A DNA stretch of 64,000 bases from Gemmatimonadales bacterium (GTDB lineage Bacteria > Gemmatimonadota > Gemmatimonadetes > Gemmatimonadales > GWC2-71-9): assembly GCA_037189525.1 (NCBI GenBank), contig JBBCJC010000002.1, forward strand, positions 576,001 to 640,000, given 5' to 3'. The translations under genes were made by a program, and so were the position numbers. Numbering within the stretch: position 1 is the first letter of the stretch; every line of letters begins with the position of its first letter. The notes below the pieces were generated by a model. The model was given only the letters and a program-made list of their open reading frames with translations. It made no database searches and was not told where the DNA came from. Shown here piece after piece: positions 9,187-18,611 of this stretch.

Positions 9187-10536
9187 TCAGCTGCGTGGGT
9201 CCACGACGAAGGTAGGCACGGTCGAGCCGCCCCCCGCCGTGACATTGACGAGGGATGCGGACGAAATACGGGACAGACAGCCGTCGACGATGGCGCCGTC
9301 GAAACAGTAGGGCGCGGTATCGGTGATCCGGTCGGCGTAGACGACGCCACCGTCGACGTAACTCGGATACGGTTCCGAGGGCAATGCGATTCGCTGCTGC
9401 ACGATGTGGGGATGCTCGAGCGCGCGTTGAATGGTCGCCTGCCAGACCTCGGGCGTTGCCTCCCAGCCCAGCACGACCCCGGCGCCGCCGTAGTCGTCGT
9501 TAGGCTTGAGCACGAACTCGTCTTTCCTGTCGGCGATGTAGGGAACCAGATCGACCGACTTCCCCTCGTGCGTCGTGGTGCGCTCTTCGACCACCCGGGT
9601 CCACGGAACGTGCGCCGCAATAGCCTCGCGCTGGCCGGCCGAGAAGAGATGAGCGTTTCGCTCGTCGGAGAGCACGGCCAGACTGGCCTTCTTGTGAAGG
9701 ACCTTGCACCGGAACGGGTTGACCATGCAGACCGCGCGGTCGCGCACGGCGCGGACGATCGGGTGGTCCAGACCGCCGCGCTCGACCAGTTCGCTGATCA
9801 GGACGCGCTTGTAGATCAGATCGATGGCAACCCCGTCGACGTACAACCGTCCGTTCCGGTACTCGGCGTGGCGCGGGTCGCCGATGATGCACTTGTAGCC
9901 TAACGACGAGAAGTAGTCCTGAAAGAGCAGGAACTCGCTCATGGTCGGGACCTCGTTCCAGTCGAGGATCCCGATGGTCGGCTTGGCCCAGGTTCCGGCA
10001 AATTGCTGATAGGCGTCGAGCAGCGAATGCAGGGTATTGGCCCGCGCCGGCAACGGCGTCAGGGTAAACCGATGACGGAAGCTCCGCACGACCGGGAGCG
10101 CCAGAAACAGTTTGGTCAGCGCATCGTTGTACGCGGGACCGGCCGGACACTCACCGTTGTACTCGGTGACCCGGAGCGCGCCGTCACCGGGCGAGAAAAA
10201 CGCGTCGAGCCGCGTGAGCGGCGTAGCGTTGATGCCCGGATCCTCGAGCGCCAGGGTGCGCTCCCAGGGCTCGAGCCGGAACTGATCGAGCACGGCCGGG
10301 TCGGCCAGCGCCGCGTCGAGCGCGGCGCCAAGCGCACCAAGCAGGATGGGAATCCGCTCGGCAATGACGGCGTGCTGGGCCCGGCTCAGGAACCGTGGGC
10401 GAATCACGCTGCAGAGCGCGCGGTCGCCGAAGAAGAGTCCTCGCTTGCGCAGCTCCTCGTGCAGCCACTCCCCGGACTCGGCTCCGAGTCCCGGTGTCAG
10501 CGCCTCGTGCCACGCCGCAATGGCGGTTTCGGTCAT
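9187..10536 (-). CDS. circularly permuted ATP-grasp / glutathionylspermidine synthase-like ligase
   Basis: [56 protein letters not shown] overlap with the upstream gene. Confidence 0.8.
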   Translation of the reverse strand: MTETAIAAWHEALTPGLGAESGEWLHEELRKRGLFFGDRALCSVIRPRFLSRAQHAVIAERIPILLGALGAALDAALADPAVLDQFRLEPWERTLALEDPGINATPLTRLDAFFSPGDGALRVTEYNGECPAGPAYNDALTKLFLALPVVRSFRHRFTLTPLPARANTLHSLLDAYQQFAGTWAKPTIGILDWNEVPTMSEFLLFQDYFSSLGYKCIIGDPRHAEYRNGRLYVDGVAIDLIYKRVLISELVERGGLDHPIVRAVRDRAVCMVNPFRCKVLHKKASLAVLSDERNAHLFSAGQREAIAAHVPWTRVVEERTTTHEGKSVDLVPYIADRKDEFVLKPNDDYGGAGVVLGWEATPEVWQATIQRALEHPHIVQQRIALPSEPYPSYVDGGVVYADRITDTAPYCFDGAIVDGCLSRISSASLVNVTAGGGSTVPTFVVDPRS

Positions 10537-11489
10537 CGCGGACCCGGGCGAACCGGACGTCCTTGCAGAAACTGCTCCCAACTCGGACGCCCCGGCGGCG
10601 TCGGCGCCTTCGCGAGCCGAATGGTCAGATCGGCCATGGCGCTCACGACCCATTCGAAGTGGGTCGGGGTGAGCGAATAGATGTCCATGTCGGGTGCCGG
10701 ATTCATGAAGTCGATGGCGTAGGGAATTCCGTCCCGGATGGCCCATTCCATCGAGTTCATGTCGTAACCGAGGGCGCGGACCAGCCGGAGCGAGTCGGCG
10801 ACGACGCGGTCATGCACGGCCTGCGGCAGGAAGTCGAGTTCCTGGTGATACTTGCGTTCCTTGGGATCGTACTTGATCGGATAGATCACTTCCTGCCCGA
10901 TAGCCAGGCAGCGCACGAACTCGTCCCACTCGATGAACTCCTGCACGATCATGGTGAGCAGGCCCGAGCGATCGTAGTGGTAGAGCAGTTCTTCCAGGCT
11001 TCGGCAGATGTAGACATCCCGCCACCCGCCGCCATGCGCGTCCTTGAGGACACAGGGGAGCCCGACGTAGTCGACGATGGCCTGCCAATCGAGCGGGAAG
11101 GCCAGGTTACGGAGGCTCTCGGTGTGCACGATGCCCGGCACATACTCCTTGTTGGGCAGCACCACCGTTTTGGGACTGGCCAGGCCCAGTGATGTCGCCA
11201 GGCTGGCGCCGAAGAACTTATCGTCGGCGGTCCACATGAACGGGTTATTGATGACCGTGGCGCCCTGGAGGACGGCGTACTTGAGGTACGTCCGATAGAA
11301 CGGCACTTCGTGAGAAATGCGGTCGATGATGACCTGGTAGGGCACCGGTCCGTCCATCCGAGGGGCATCCAGCGTGACGAACTCCGCCACGACGCCCTGG
11401 TCCCGATTGTTGACTTCCTCGATGAAGGCGGGCGGCCAGCTCCATTCGCGGCCGACGATCAGGCCGATCTTCTTGGGATCCGACGACAT
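10533..11489 (-). CDS. RimK-like ATP-grasp ligase
   Basis: IIDRISH, VINNPF..ADDKFF, PKTVVLP, LKDAHGGGWRDV, QEFI, IDFMNPAPD. Confidence 0.85.
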   Translation of the reverse strand: MSSDPKKIGLIVGREWSWPPAFIEEVNNRDQGVVAEFVTLDAPRMDGPVPYQVIIDRISHEVPFYRTYLKYAVLQGATVINNPFMWTADDKFFGASLATSLGLASPKTVVLPNKEYVPGIVHTESLRNLAFPLDWQAIVDYVGLPCVLKDAHGGGWRDVYICRSLEELLYHYDRSGLLTMIVQEFIEWDEFVRCLAIGQEVIYPIKYDPKERKYHQELDFLPQAVHDRVVADSLRLVRALGYDMNSMEWAIRDGIPYAIDFMNPAPDMDIYSLTPTHFEWVVSAMADLTIRLAKAPTPPGRPSWEQFLQGRPVRPGPR

Positions 11490-11541
11490 GCGATTGTGGT
11501 CCTGTGGGATGAGAGACAGGGGATAGAGCGAATGTACGGTG

Positions 11542-11560
11542 CTTCCCGGCAACCGGGAAG
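11542..11560 (-). terminator. hairpin downstream of the HEPN toxin gene
   Basis: CTTCCCGG-CAA-CCGGGAAG perfect 8-bp stem; no clear U tract. Confidence 0.4.
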
Positions 11561-11570
11561 TCGGGTCGCG

Positions 11571-11906
11571 TCAATTCACCAGGGCCCGTTCCAGCGCGGC
11601 GACGACCGGCTCGATGTCTTCGGTGGCCACCCGCCACACGATATCAGGGTCGACGTCATCGTACCCGTGCACGATCCGGTTGCGCATCCCGATCATCTCG
11701 CCCCAGGGAAACTCGGGATGGTCGGCCCGGAAGTCTGCCGAGAGCCGGCTGGCGGCCTCGCCGAGCCGCTGGATGAGATGGAGCAACGCGAGCTGACGGA
11801 GCACATCGGTCGCGAACGCCTCGGGGGTGTGCCCGCGTACCAGGCTGCGAATCTGGCGTGCCGTGTCGAGCATCTGCTCCAGTGTGGCCCGGTCATCCCG
11901 CGGCAT
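11571..11906 (-). CDS. HepT-like HEPN ribonuclease toxin (DUF86)
   Basis: LGEAA, MRNRIVHGY (Rx4H motif with following Tyr), VDPDIVW; overlaps the upstream MNT gene. Confidence 0.9.
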   Translation of the reverse strand: MPRDDRATLEQMLDTARQIRSLVRGHTPEAFATDVLRQLALLHLIQRLGEAASRLSADFRADHPEFPWGEMIGMRNRIVHGYDDVDPDIVWRVATEDIEPVVAALERALVN

Positions 11907-12402
11907 AGAGCAGCCTCGCCGATGCCAGCACATGCCCTCGGACTCGCGGTGACAGCCCGCGGCGGGTCACCAGGTCGACTCGCCGGCCGCCAAATACGTT
12001 ACCCAGCGCCTCGGCGACCCGCACGATCCCGAACCCGGGTGTCTTTCCCGGCGCGAAGTCCACGATCACGTCCACGTCGCTGTCCGGGCGCGCCATGCCC
12101 CGTGCCTGGGAGCCGAACAGCGCTAGCCAGGTAATGTGGTGGCGACGACATGCCGCAGCCAGGGCATCGTGATCCAGGGCACTCACGAGGGGTACCGGGA
12201 GTTCGGGATCTGCCAGGTATGGAGGAGAGGCCGGTTCCCGGACCATCTGACCCGCCGGCGGGGGAACATCGTCGCGGGCGGCGTCATCCAGGATCGAGAG
12301 CAGCTCGCCGTTCAGGCTTCGACGATTGGCTGCGGCGCGGGCACGGAGTCGCTGCAGAGCGGCGTCCGGTACGCCCCGGATGGTCAGGGTACGTAAGGCC
12401 AT
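11893..12402 (-). CDS. MntA-like minimal nucleotidyltransferase antitoxin fused to an N-terminal FitA/Arc-like ribbon-helix-helix domain
   Basis: N-terminus TLTIRGVPDAALQRLRARAAANRRSLNGELLSIL; C-terminus LFGSQARGMARPDSDVD (GSx10DxD) and RRVDLV. Confidence 0.85.
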   Translation of the reverse strand: MALRTLTIRGVPDAALQRLRARAAANRRSLNGELLSILDDAARDDVPPPAGQMVREPASPPYLADPELPVPLVSALDHDALAAACRRHHITWLALFGSQARGMARPDSDVDVIVDFAPGKTPGFGIVRVAEALGNVFGGRRVDLVTRRGLSPRVRGHVLASARLLYAAG

Positions 12403-12406
12403 GACT

Positions 12407-12426
12407 GCAATATGACTTTATATTGC
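12407..12426. promoter_or_regulatory. palindromic operator overlapping the TA promoter
   Basis: GCAATAT-GACTTT-ATATTGC perfect 7-bp inverted repeat, 4 bp upstream of the start codon. Confidence 0.65.
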
Positions 12427-12474
12427 CTGCATCACAACTCTCCGACTCACGAGCAGTGCCGTTACAAGTCCTGA

Positions 12475-12535
12475 TGGTAGGAGAGCGGCAGCGCGGCGAC
12501 CACATCGCGGTAGTTCCGCAGCCCGGGCTCAGGAC
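12475..12535 (-). pseudogene. 61-bp remnant of a second copy of the esterase gene at 16070-16921
   Basis: 54/62 nt identical to 16773-16834; encodes VLSPG/LRNYRDVVAALPLSY with a 1-bp deletion. Confidence 0.8.
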
Positions 12536-12763
12536 GCGATGTGCGCGCCTATCGGAAAGGCGGGTGCCTCGTGAGCGAAGGACAGGGCTGGCCGGCGTTG
12601 ATGCTCTAAGCCGATATATGACAATATTTTGCGGATCCGTACGGCGCCGGGAGAGGCGTGACCGGTCTGCCTGGCGCCTCGCTGCCGGGGCCGATATCAT
12701 CCTACGCACCTAATCCATGCCGATTTCGGCGCACCGAATCATATCCCGCGAAGGTTTTTCTCT

Positions 12764-15700
12764 ATGCGGACGTGCATACTGGCCGGCCGAGTCATCCTCG
12801 GTCTCGTGGCGTTCCTTTCCGTGTCGGCACTCGATGCGCAGCAGGCTCCGGCGAGCTGGATGCGCTATCCCGCCATCTCGCCCGATGGTCGGACCATTGC
12901 CTTCGTCTACAAAGGCGATCTGTACCGGGTACCGGCTGCGGGCGGCACGGCGACGCAGCTGACGACGCACCCGGCGCACGATTTCATGCCGGTTTGGGGC
13001 CGGGACGGCCGCCAGCTTGCGTTCGCCAGCGATCGCTACGGCAACTTCGACATCTTCGTGATCCCGGCCGAGGGCGGCGAAGCCAAACGGCTGACCTTCC
13101 ACTCCGCCGCCGAATACCCGTATGCGTTCAGTCACGACGGGCAGCAGGTGCTCTTCGGCGCCGTCCGGTTGGACGATCGTGCCAGTCGTCATCACCCGGG
13201 TGGGTCGCAAGGCGAGCTCTATCAGGTTCCGGTTGCGGGCGGGCGTCCGGTGCAGCTCCTGACGACGCCGGCGGAGGCGGTCTCGGTCAGCCGGGATGGC
13301 CGCCGGCTGCTGTACATGGACATGAAAGTCGGCGAGGACCGGTGGCGGAAGCACCAGGTGTCCGCTGCGGCGCGGGATATCTGGATTCACGATCGCGAGG
13401 GTGGCTCGCACCGGCGGATCACCACGTTCGAAGGCGAGGACCAGCTACCGGTCTTCACGCCGGACGAACGCGCGTTTGTTTACCTCAGCGAAACGAGCGG
13501 ATCGTTCAACGTCCATCGGATGAGCCTGGACGGTGGCGCATCGCAGCAGCTTACCCGGTTCACCGGCTATCCGGTCCGGTTCCTGACCGGGGCGGAGGAC
13601 GGCACGTTGGCCTTCGGATACGACGGCCGGATTTACACGCTGGCGCCGGGCGGCGAGCCCAGGCAGGTGCCCGTGACCATCGTGACCGACGCGCATGCCA
13701 ACAACACGCGGGTAATCCCCGTGACCGGCGGAGCCGGGGAACTCGCCGTCGCGCCGAGCGGCAAGGAGGTCGCCTTCGTCTTCCGCGGCGACGTGTTCGT
13801 GACCAGCGTTGAAGGCGGGGTGACCAAACAGATCACCCGCACGCCCGAGACCGAGACCAACGTCGGCTTTTCTCCGGACGGTAAAGCGATCGTCTACGCG
13901 TCGGAGCGCGGCGGCCGATGGGGCATCTACGAAGCGCGCCGGGTGCGCGATACGGAGCCGCACTTTTACGCCTCGACGCTGATTCGGGAAACGCCGCTCA
14001 TCGTCGATGAGCGCCAGAACTTCCAGCCCGCCTATTCGCCCGACGGAACCGAGCTCGCCTACATCGAGGACGGTAACACGCTGCGCGTGCGCACGCTCGC
14101 GACCCGGCAGACGCGGACTCTGCTAACCGACCGCCACATCTTTTCGACGGGACCGAACCATCACTTCCAGTGGAGCCCGGACGGGAAGTGGATCCTGTTC
14201 GACTACAACAAGCCGGGGATCGCACCATCCGACGTCGGTATCGTAGCAACGGACGGCAAGAGCGCGCCGGTCAATCTGACGCGAAGCGGGTTCAACAACG
14301 GCACCGCCACCTGGATTCTCGGCGGGACGGCGATGCTCTGGCGCAGCAACCGAGACGGGCTCAAGTCGCTGGCGATGGGCGGCGGCACCCAGTCCGACGC
14401 CTACGCGATGTTCTTTACCCAGGCGGCGTGGGACCGGCACAACCTGACCAAGGAGGAGTTCGCCCTGGTCAAAGAGGCCGAAGAGCAGGCAGAGAAGAGC
14501 CGGCCCAAGGCGGATACGGCAAGCCCGCGACCCGTGGCGCCCGTCGCGCTCGACCTGGACGGCGCGTCCGACCGGCGGGCCCGGCTGACGATCCATTCGT
14601 CGGCCCTAGGCGACGCGCTCGTGAGCAAGGACGGCGAGACGCTTTACTACCTGGCCCGCTTCGAACGCGGACTCAATCTCTGGGCCACGACCCTGCGCAC
14701 CCGTGAGACCCGCCAGCTCGTGGCGCTCGCCGCCAACAACGGCCGGATGGTGTGGGACAAGGAGCAGAAGCACATCTTCCTGCTCGCCGACGGAGCGATT
14801 TCGCGGATCGATCCAGCCACCGGCAAGCGGGACAACGTCACGATTCGCGGCGAGATGACAGCCGATGGAGCGGCGGAGCGCACGGCGATGTTCGACCAGG
14901 TGTGGCGCCGGACGCGGGACACCTACTACACGCGCAGCTTTCACGGGGCCGACTGGAACGGTCTCCGGTCCCAGTACGAGAAGTACCTGCCGCACATCGG
15001 GAACAACTACGAGTTCGTCGAGCTCCTGAGCGAGTTGCTGGGTGAGCTCAACGTCAGCCACAGCGGAGCGCGATACACCACCTCCTCGCCGGGCGACGAC
15101 GCCACGGCGTCGCTGGGCATCTTCTACGACCAGTCGGCGGCACGAGCCGGGATCACGATCACCGAAGTGCTGCGCGGCGGGCCACTCGACAAGGCTGGCA
15201 TGAACGTCACCCCGGGTACGGTCATCGAGGCCATTGACGGCGAAGAGATCCCGGCGAACCGCGACCTGGCCGAGTTCCTGAACCGGAAAGCTGATCGCAA
15301 CGTGCATCTCCGGCTTCGCACCGGGACGACCACGCGCGAGATCGTCGCCAAGCCGGTGACGCTGGCGGTGGAATCCCGTCTCCGGTATCAGCGGTGGGTC
15401 CGCATCAACCAGGAAGAAGTGGACCGGCTGAGCAAAGGACGACTCGGCTACATCCATGTGCCCGGGATGAACGACGGCGCCTATCGCAACGCCTTCGAAG
15501 AGGTGCTCGGCAAGTTCCCCGATCGGGAGGGTCTGGTGGTCGACACCCGCTTCAACGGCGGCGGCGATCTGGTGGCCGATCTGGAGATGTTCCTGACCGG
15601 GGTCCGCTTCTTCGACTATTCCACCGACACGCGGAGCCGCGGGTTCGAGCCCAACTTCCGCTGGACCAAACCAAGCGTGGCGCTAGCCAATGAAGGCAAC

Positions 15701-16000
15701 TACAGCGACGGGCACTGCTTTGCGTGGACCTATCAGACGTTGAAGATCGGTCCCCTGATCGGGATGCCGGTACCCGGTACCTGCACCTTCTCCGGCGGCG
15801 GGCCGCTGCTCGACGGGCTCCGCTTCGGCGTGCCGGGGATGGGCGTCAAGGACGCCACCACGGGGCGGTATCTGGAAAACTGGCAGACGGAGCCCGATAT
15901 CCGCGTGGCGAACGATCCCCACGTGGTCATTACGGGGCGGGACCAGCAGTTGGAGGCGGCGGTGCGGACGTTGCTGGAGCTCGTGGATCAGCGCCGGTAG
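12764..16000 (+). CDS. tricorn-like S41 peptidase with PD40/TolB beta-propellers and PDZ domain, secreted
   Basis: WMRYPAISPDG, repeated SPDG motifs, GELNVSH, GYIHVPGM, DTRFNGGG, NYSDG catalytic Ser, DQQLEAAV. Confidence 0.92.
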   Translation: MRTCILAGRVILGLVAFLSVSALDAQQAPASWMRYPAISPDGRTIAFVYKGDLYRVPAAGGTATQLTTHPAHDFMPVWGRDGRQLAFASDRYGNFDIFVIPAEGGEAKRLTFHSAAEYPYAFSHDGQQVLFGAVRLDDRASRHHPGGSQGELYQVPVAGGRPVQLLTTPAEAVSVSRDGRRLLYMDMKVGEDRWRKHQVSAAARDIWIHDREGGSHRRITTFEGEDQLPVFTPDERAFVYLSETSGSFNVHRMSLDGGASQQLTRFTGYPVRFLTGAEDGTLAFGYDGRIYTLAPGGEPRQVPVTIVTDAHANNTRVIPVTGGAGELAVAPSGKEVAFVFRGDVFVTSVEGGVTKQITRTPETETNVGFSPDGKAIVYASERGGRWGIYEARRVRDTEPHFYASTLIRETPLIVDERQNFQPAYSPDGTELAYIEDGNTLRVRTLATRQTRTLLTDRHIFSTGPNHHFQWSPDGKWILFDYNKPGIAPSDVGIVATDGKSAPVNLTRSGFNNGTATWILGGTAMLWRSNRDGLKSLAMGGGTQSDAYAMFFTQAAWDRHNLTKEEFALVKEAEEQAEKSRPKADTASPRPVAPVALDLDGASDRRARLTIHSSALGDALVSKDGETLYYLARFERGLNLWATTLRTRETRQLVALAANNGRMVWDKEQKHIFLLADGAISRIDPATGKRDNVTIRGEMTADGAAERTAMFDQVWRRTRDTYYTRSFHGADWNGLRSQYEKYLPHIGNNYEFVELLSELLGELNVSHSGARYTTSSPGDDATASLGIFYDQSAARAGITITEVLRGGPLDKAGMNVTPGTVIEAIDGEEIPANRDLAEFLNRKADRNVHLRLRTGTTTREIVAKPVTLAVESRLRYQRWVRINQEEVDRLSKGRLGYIHVPGMNDGAYRNAFEEVLGKFPDREGLVVDTRFNGGGDLVADLEMFLTGVRFFDYSTDTRSRGFEPNFRWTKPSVALANEGNYSDGHCFAWTYQTLKIGPLIGMPVPGTCTFSGGGPLLDGLRFGVPGMGVKDATTGRYLENWQTEPDIRVANDPHVVITGRDQQLEAAVRTLLELVDQRR

Positions 16001-16069
16001 CAGCGAACGCTTCCGATTGCGGGGCGCCGGTCGGCCCGGTGGAGAGCCTTCGGCAGGACGGCTGAGCTT

Positions 16070-16921
16070 CTACCTGGGAACTTCGATCAACCCGGGCCGG
16101 TTCGGCGCATCCGTTCCCAGCAGGAACGGTAAGGCCTGACTGACCCGGGCGCCCCAGGTGGCCTCATTGTGCCGTCCGGCGGCATCCTCCACATAGTAGA
16201 ACTCGGTGTCCGACATGGATCCGTACCGGTAGATCAGATCCCGCAGCAGGCGGACATCCTCGATGGCCGACTCCGGCTCTTTGAGGCCGATATCGAGATA
16301 CAGATTACCAACCGCCAGGTCCGCATGCTCCTCGACATAGCGAAGGATCGCGCGGTTGGCAAACCAGAGTGACGGGCTCAACGCCGCGGCGCCCCCGAAC
16401 ACGTCCGCGTACCGATAGAGCGCGTACAGGCTGATCAAGCCGCCCATCGAGGACCCGGCAATGAAGGTCTGCTGGCGCTCCGGCCGGGTGCGGAAGCTGC
16501 GGTCGACCAGCGGTTTGAGGGTCTCCGCCACGAATGCGAGGTATCGGTCGCCGGCCCCGCCGCCTCGGCCGGGATGCTGGAAGGGGCTGTACTCGTCGAG
16601 GCGATGCTTGCCGCCGTTGGCAATCCCGACCACGATCGCTTCCGTGCCTTCCCGGCTCAGCTCGGCCAGGGTTTGGCTGAGCCGCCAGTCTCCCGCATAG
16701 CTCGTGGCGGGGTCGAACAGGTTCTGCCCATCCTGCATGTACACGACCGGATAGCTCCGCTCCGGATCCGTCTGGTACGACAGCGGCAGTGCAGCGACCA
16801 CGTCCCGGTAGTTCCGCAGCCCCGGGCTCAGTACCTGACGCCGGATCACGAGGGGAACCCCCTTCGGGTCCTCGGTCGGGTAAGGTTCCCACGGAGTGTC
16901 TTCGATCGCAGAAAGGGTCAT
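16070..16921 (-). CDS. alpha/beta hydrolase, putative esterase
   Basis: YPVVYMQDGQNLFD, AGSSMGGLIS, LSPSLW, YLDIG, HNEATW. Confidence 0.9.
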   Translation of the reverse strand: MTLSAIEDTPWEPYPTEDPKGVPLVIRRQVLSPGLRNYRDVVAALPLSYQTDPERSYPVVYMQDGQNLFDPATSYAGDWRLSQTLAELSREGTEAIVVGIANGGKHRLDEYSPFQHPGRGGGAGDRYLAFVAETLKPLVDRSFRTRPERQQTFIAGSSMGGLISLYALYRYADVFGGAAALSPSLWFANRAILRYVEEHADLAVGNLYLDIGLKEPESAIEDVRLLRDLIYRYGSMSDTEFYYVEDAAGRHNEATWGARVSQALPFLLGTDAPNRPGLIEVPR

Positions 16922-16970
16922 GGTAATATGCGCGGCCGCGCGTGGTCGAGCATCGACGGCCCGCTTCCGT

Positions 16971-18167
16971 CTACCGGGCTAGCGGAACGCGGACCACCCG
17001 CACGCGACTCTCGGCCGTGGATGCGCCGGGGTCGGCCCAGGTCAGATAGAGGTCATCGCCCGCCAGCGCGGTACGTGCGAACCCGGCGCGGCGGCCGCGG
17101 TCCGTGGTGGCGATACGAAACGACGGCTCCGCCGCGTTCCCAGCGGTGACTCGTCGCAGACGCCAGGTGGCAAGGCTGTCGCCGTCTTCGAGCCAGACGG
17201 CCACCGCGCGCGTCGGCGCCGTGAGCTGGAGGTGGACTCGGCCGAGCGGTTTGCCGTCGTCGAGCACCACGGGCGCATCGAAGCTGGCGCCGCCGTCCCG
17301 CGAGAAGGCCAGCCGGACTCGCGGCGTATCGTTGGCGCCCGTGTACCAACCGACCGCAACAGCCTCGCCGTCGGCAGCGATCGATGGTCCGTTGACGGGA
17401 CAGGCACGGATGGCCCAGCCGTCGTCGGCAACACGAACGGGCGTGGACCAGGCGCCGTTGATCTGACGGACCACGGCGATGTCGCGCACCTCGGCGTCGG
17501 AGCGATCACGATACGCAGCAACCAGGCCGCCGGCCGCCCGGGCCATCGAGACCTGGCAGCACTCGCAGGTGCGCGGGTCGAGCACCTGCTCATCGATGGT
17601 CGTTCCGCCGGCCGTGAAGGTGGCGTTGCGCACCGTCATGCTTCCCCCGGAGTCGACCATGCGGCCCCCGTCGAGCCAGGTGACGGCCACGCCGTCCGTC
17701 GCGTCCGGGATCATCGCGACGAAGCCGTGTTCGGTTGGACTCAGATCCTGGTGCGCCACCACCGGCGCCGACCAGGTCCGGCCGCCATCTTCGGATCGGG
17801 TCAGCATGACGTGATAGGCGTAGGTCGAGGCCGCCGTCTTTTCGAGCCAGTGGACCACCCACGCCCCGGTGCTCGTTTCGACCGCCGACGGAAAATCGGC
17901 CCAATTGACGAAGAACGGCCGATGCGAAGCTACCGTAGCCGGGGTCGACCATCCCGACGGATCGCGCCGGGCAATCCGCAGGGCAAAGGCGCTGTCACCT
18001 TCGGGCTCGAACCAGGTGAGCAGGAGGCCCCCGTCGGCGGTCGGCGTCAGGAAGGGCGTCCGGCTGCCGGCCGGTCCCGTCCAATCGTCGATCGGCGCGA
18101 GGCCGGGCGTCGTCGGGGTACACGCAGCAACCAGGGCGGTGAGGAGCAGAGCTCGGAGGGCGCGCAT
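16971..18167 (-). CDS. BNR/sialidase-like beta-propeller lipoprotein with CECC motif
   Basis: Lipobox LVAAC; Asp-boxes SEDGGRTW and SRDGGASF; FVNWADFP, TCECCQ, ACPVNGP. Confidence 0.75.
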   Translation of the reverse strand: MRALRALLLTALVAACTPTTPGLAPIDDWTGPAGSRTPFLTPTADGGLLLTWFEPEGDSAFALRIARRDPSGWSTPATVASHRPFFVNWADFPSAVETSTGAWVVHWLEKTAASTYAYHVMLTRSEDGGRTWSAPVVAHQDLSPTEHGFVAMIPDATDGVAVTWLDGGRMVDSGGSMTVRNATFTAGGTTIDEQVLDPRTCECCQVSMARAAGGLVAAYRDRSDAEVRDIAVVRQINGAWSTPVRVADDGWAIRACPVNGPSIAADGEAVAVGWYTGANDTPRVRLAFSRDGGASFDAPVVLDDGKPLGRVHLQLTAPTRAVAVWLEDGDSLATWRLRRVTAGNAAEPSFRIATTDRGRRAGFARTALAGDDLYLTWADPGASTAESRVRVVRVPLAR

Positions 18168-18241
18168 CCCGGGAATATGGCCCGGGTCCAGCGATGCCGC
18201 CACACGCCCGCGCGTGAGGCGCCCCGGGGTCGTGATCCCGG

Positions 18242-18598
18242 TCAATTGCCGCCGTTGCGGAACACGAAATAGGCGGCGGCCACCAGACAGAGCGCGGCCC
18301 ACAGGTAATCGAGCTTGAGAGGCTCGCGCATGTAGAAGATGGCAAAGGGAACGAACACGCCGAGCGTAATGACTTCCTGCAGGATCTTGAGCTGGCCCAG
18401 GTTCATCGCAGTGTAGCCGATCCGGTTGGCCGGCACCTGGATCAGATATTCGAACAGGGCAATGCCCCAGCTGACCAGCGCCGCGATATACCAGGGGCGC
18501 TGGTTCATGTTCCGGAGATGTGCGTACCAGGCGAACGTCATGAAGACGTTCGAGAGAATGAGCAGGCCGGTTGCCCGCGCAATCACGGGGATGTTCAT
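18242..18598 (-). CDS. DMT-family small membrane protein (DUF486-like)
   Basis: SNVFMTFAWYAHL, SWGIALFEY..QVPANRIGY, QLKILQEVITL. Confidence 0.85.
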   Translation of the reverse strand: MNIPVIARATGLLILSNVFMTFAWYAHLRNMNQRPWYIAALVSWGIALFEYLIQVPANRIGYTAMNLGQLKILQEVITLGVFVPFAIFYMREPLKLDYLWAALCLVAAAYFVFRNGGN

Positions 18599-18611
18599 GG
18601 AAGGTTCGCGG

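Noticed and set aside
8052..9620. 522-aa and 519-aa extended versions of the ligase ORFs
   Set aside because: The extensions overlap upstream genes in another frame; family motifs begin at 9164 and 10536.
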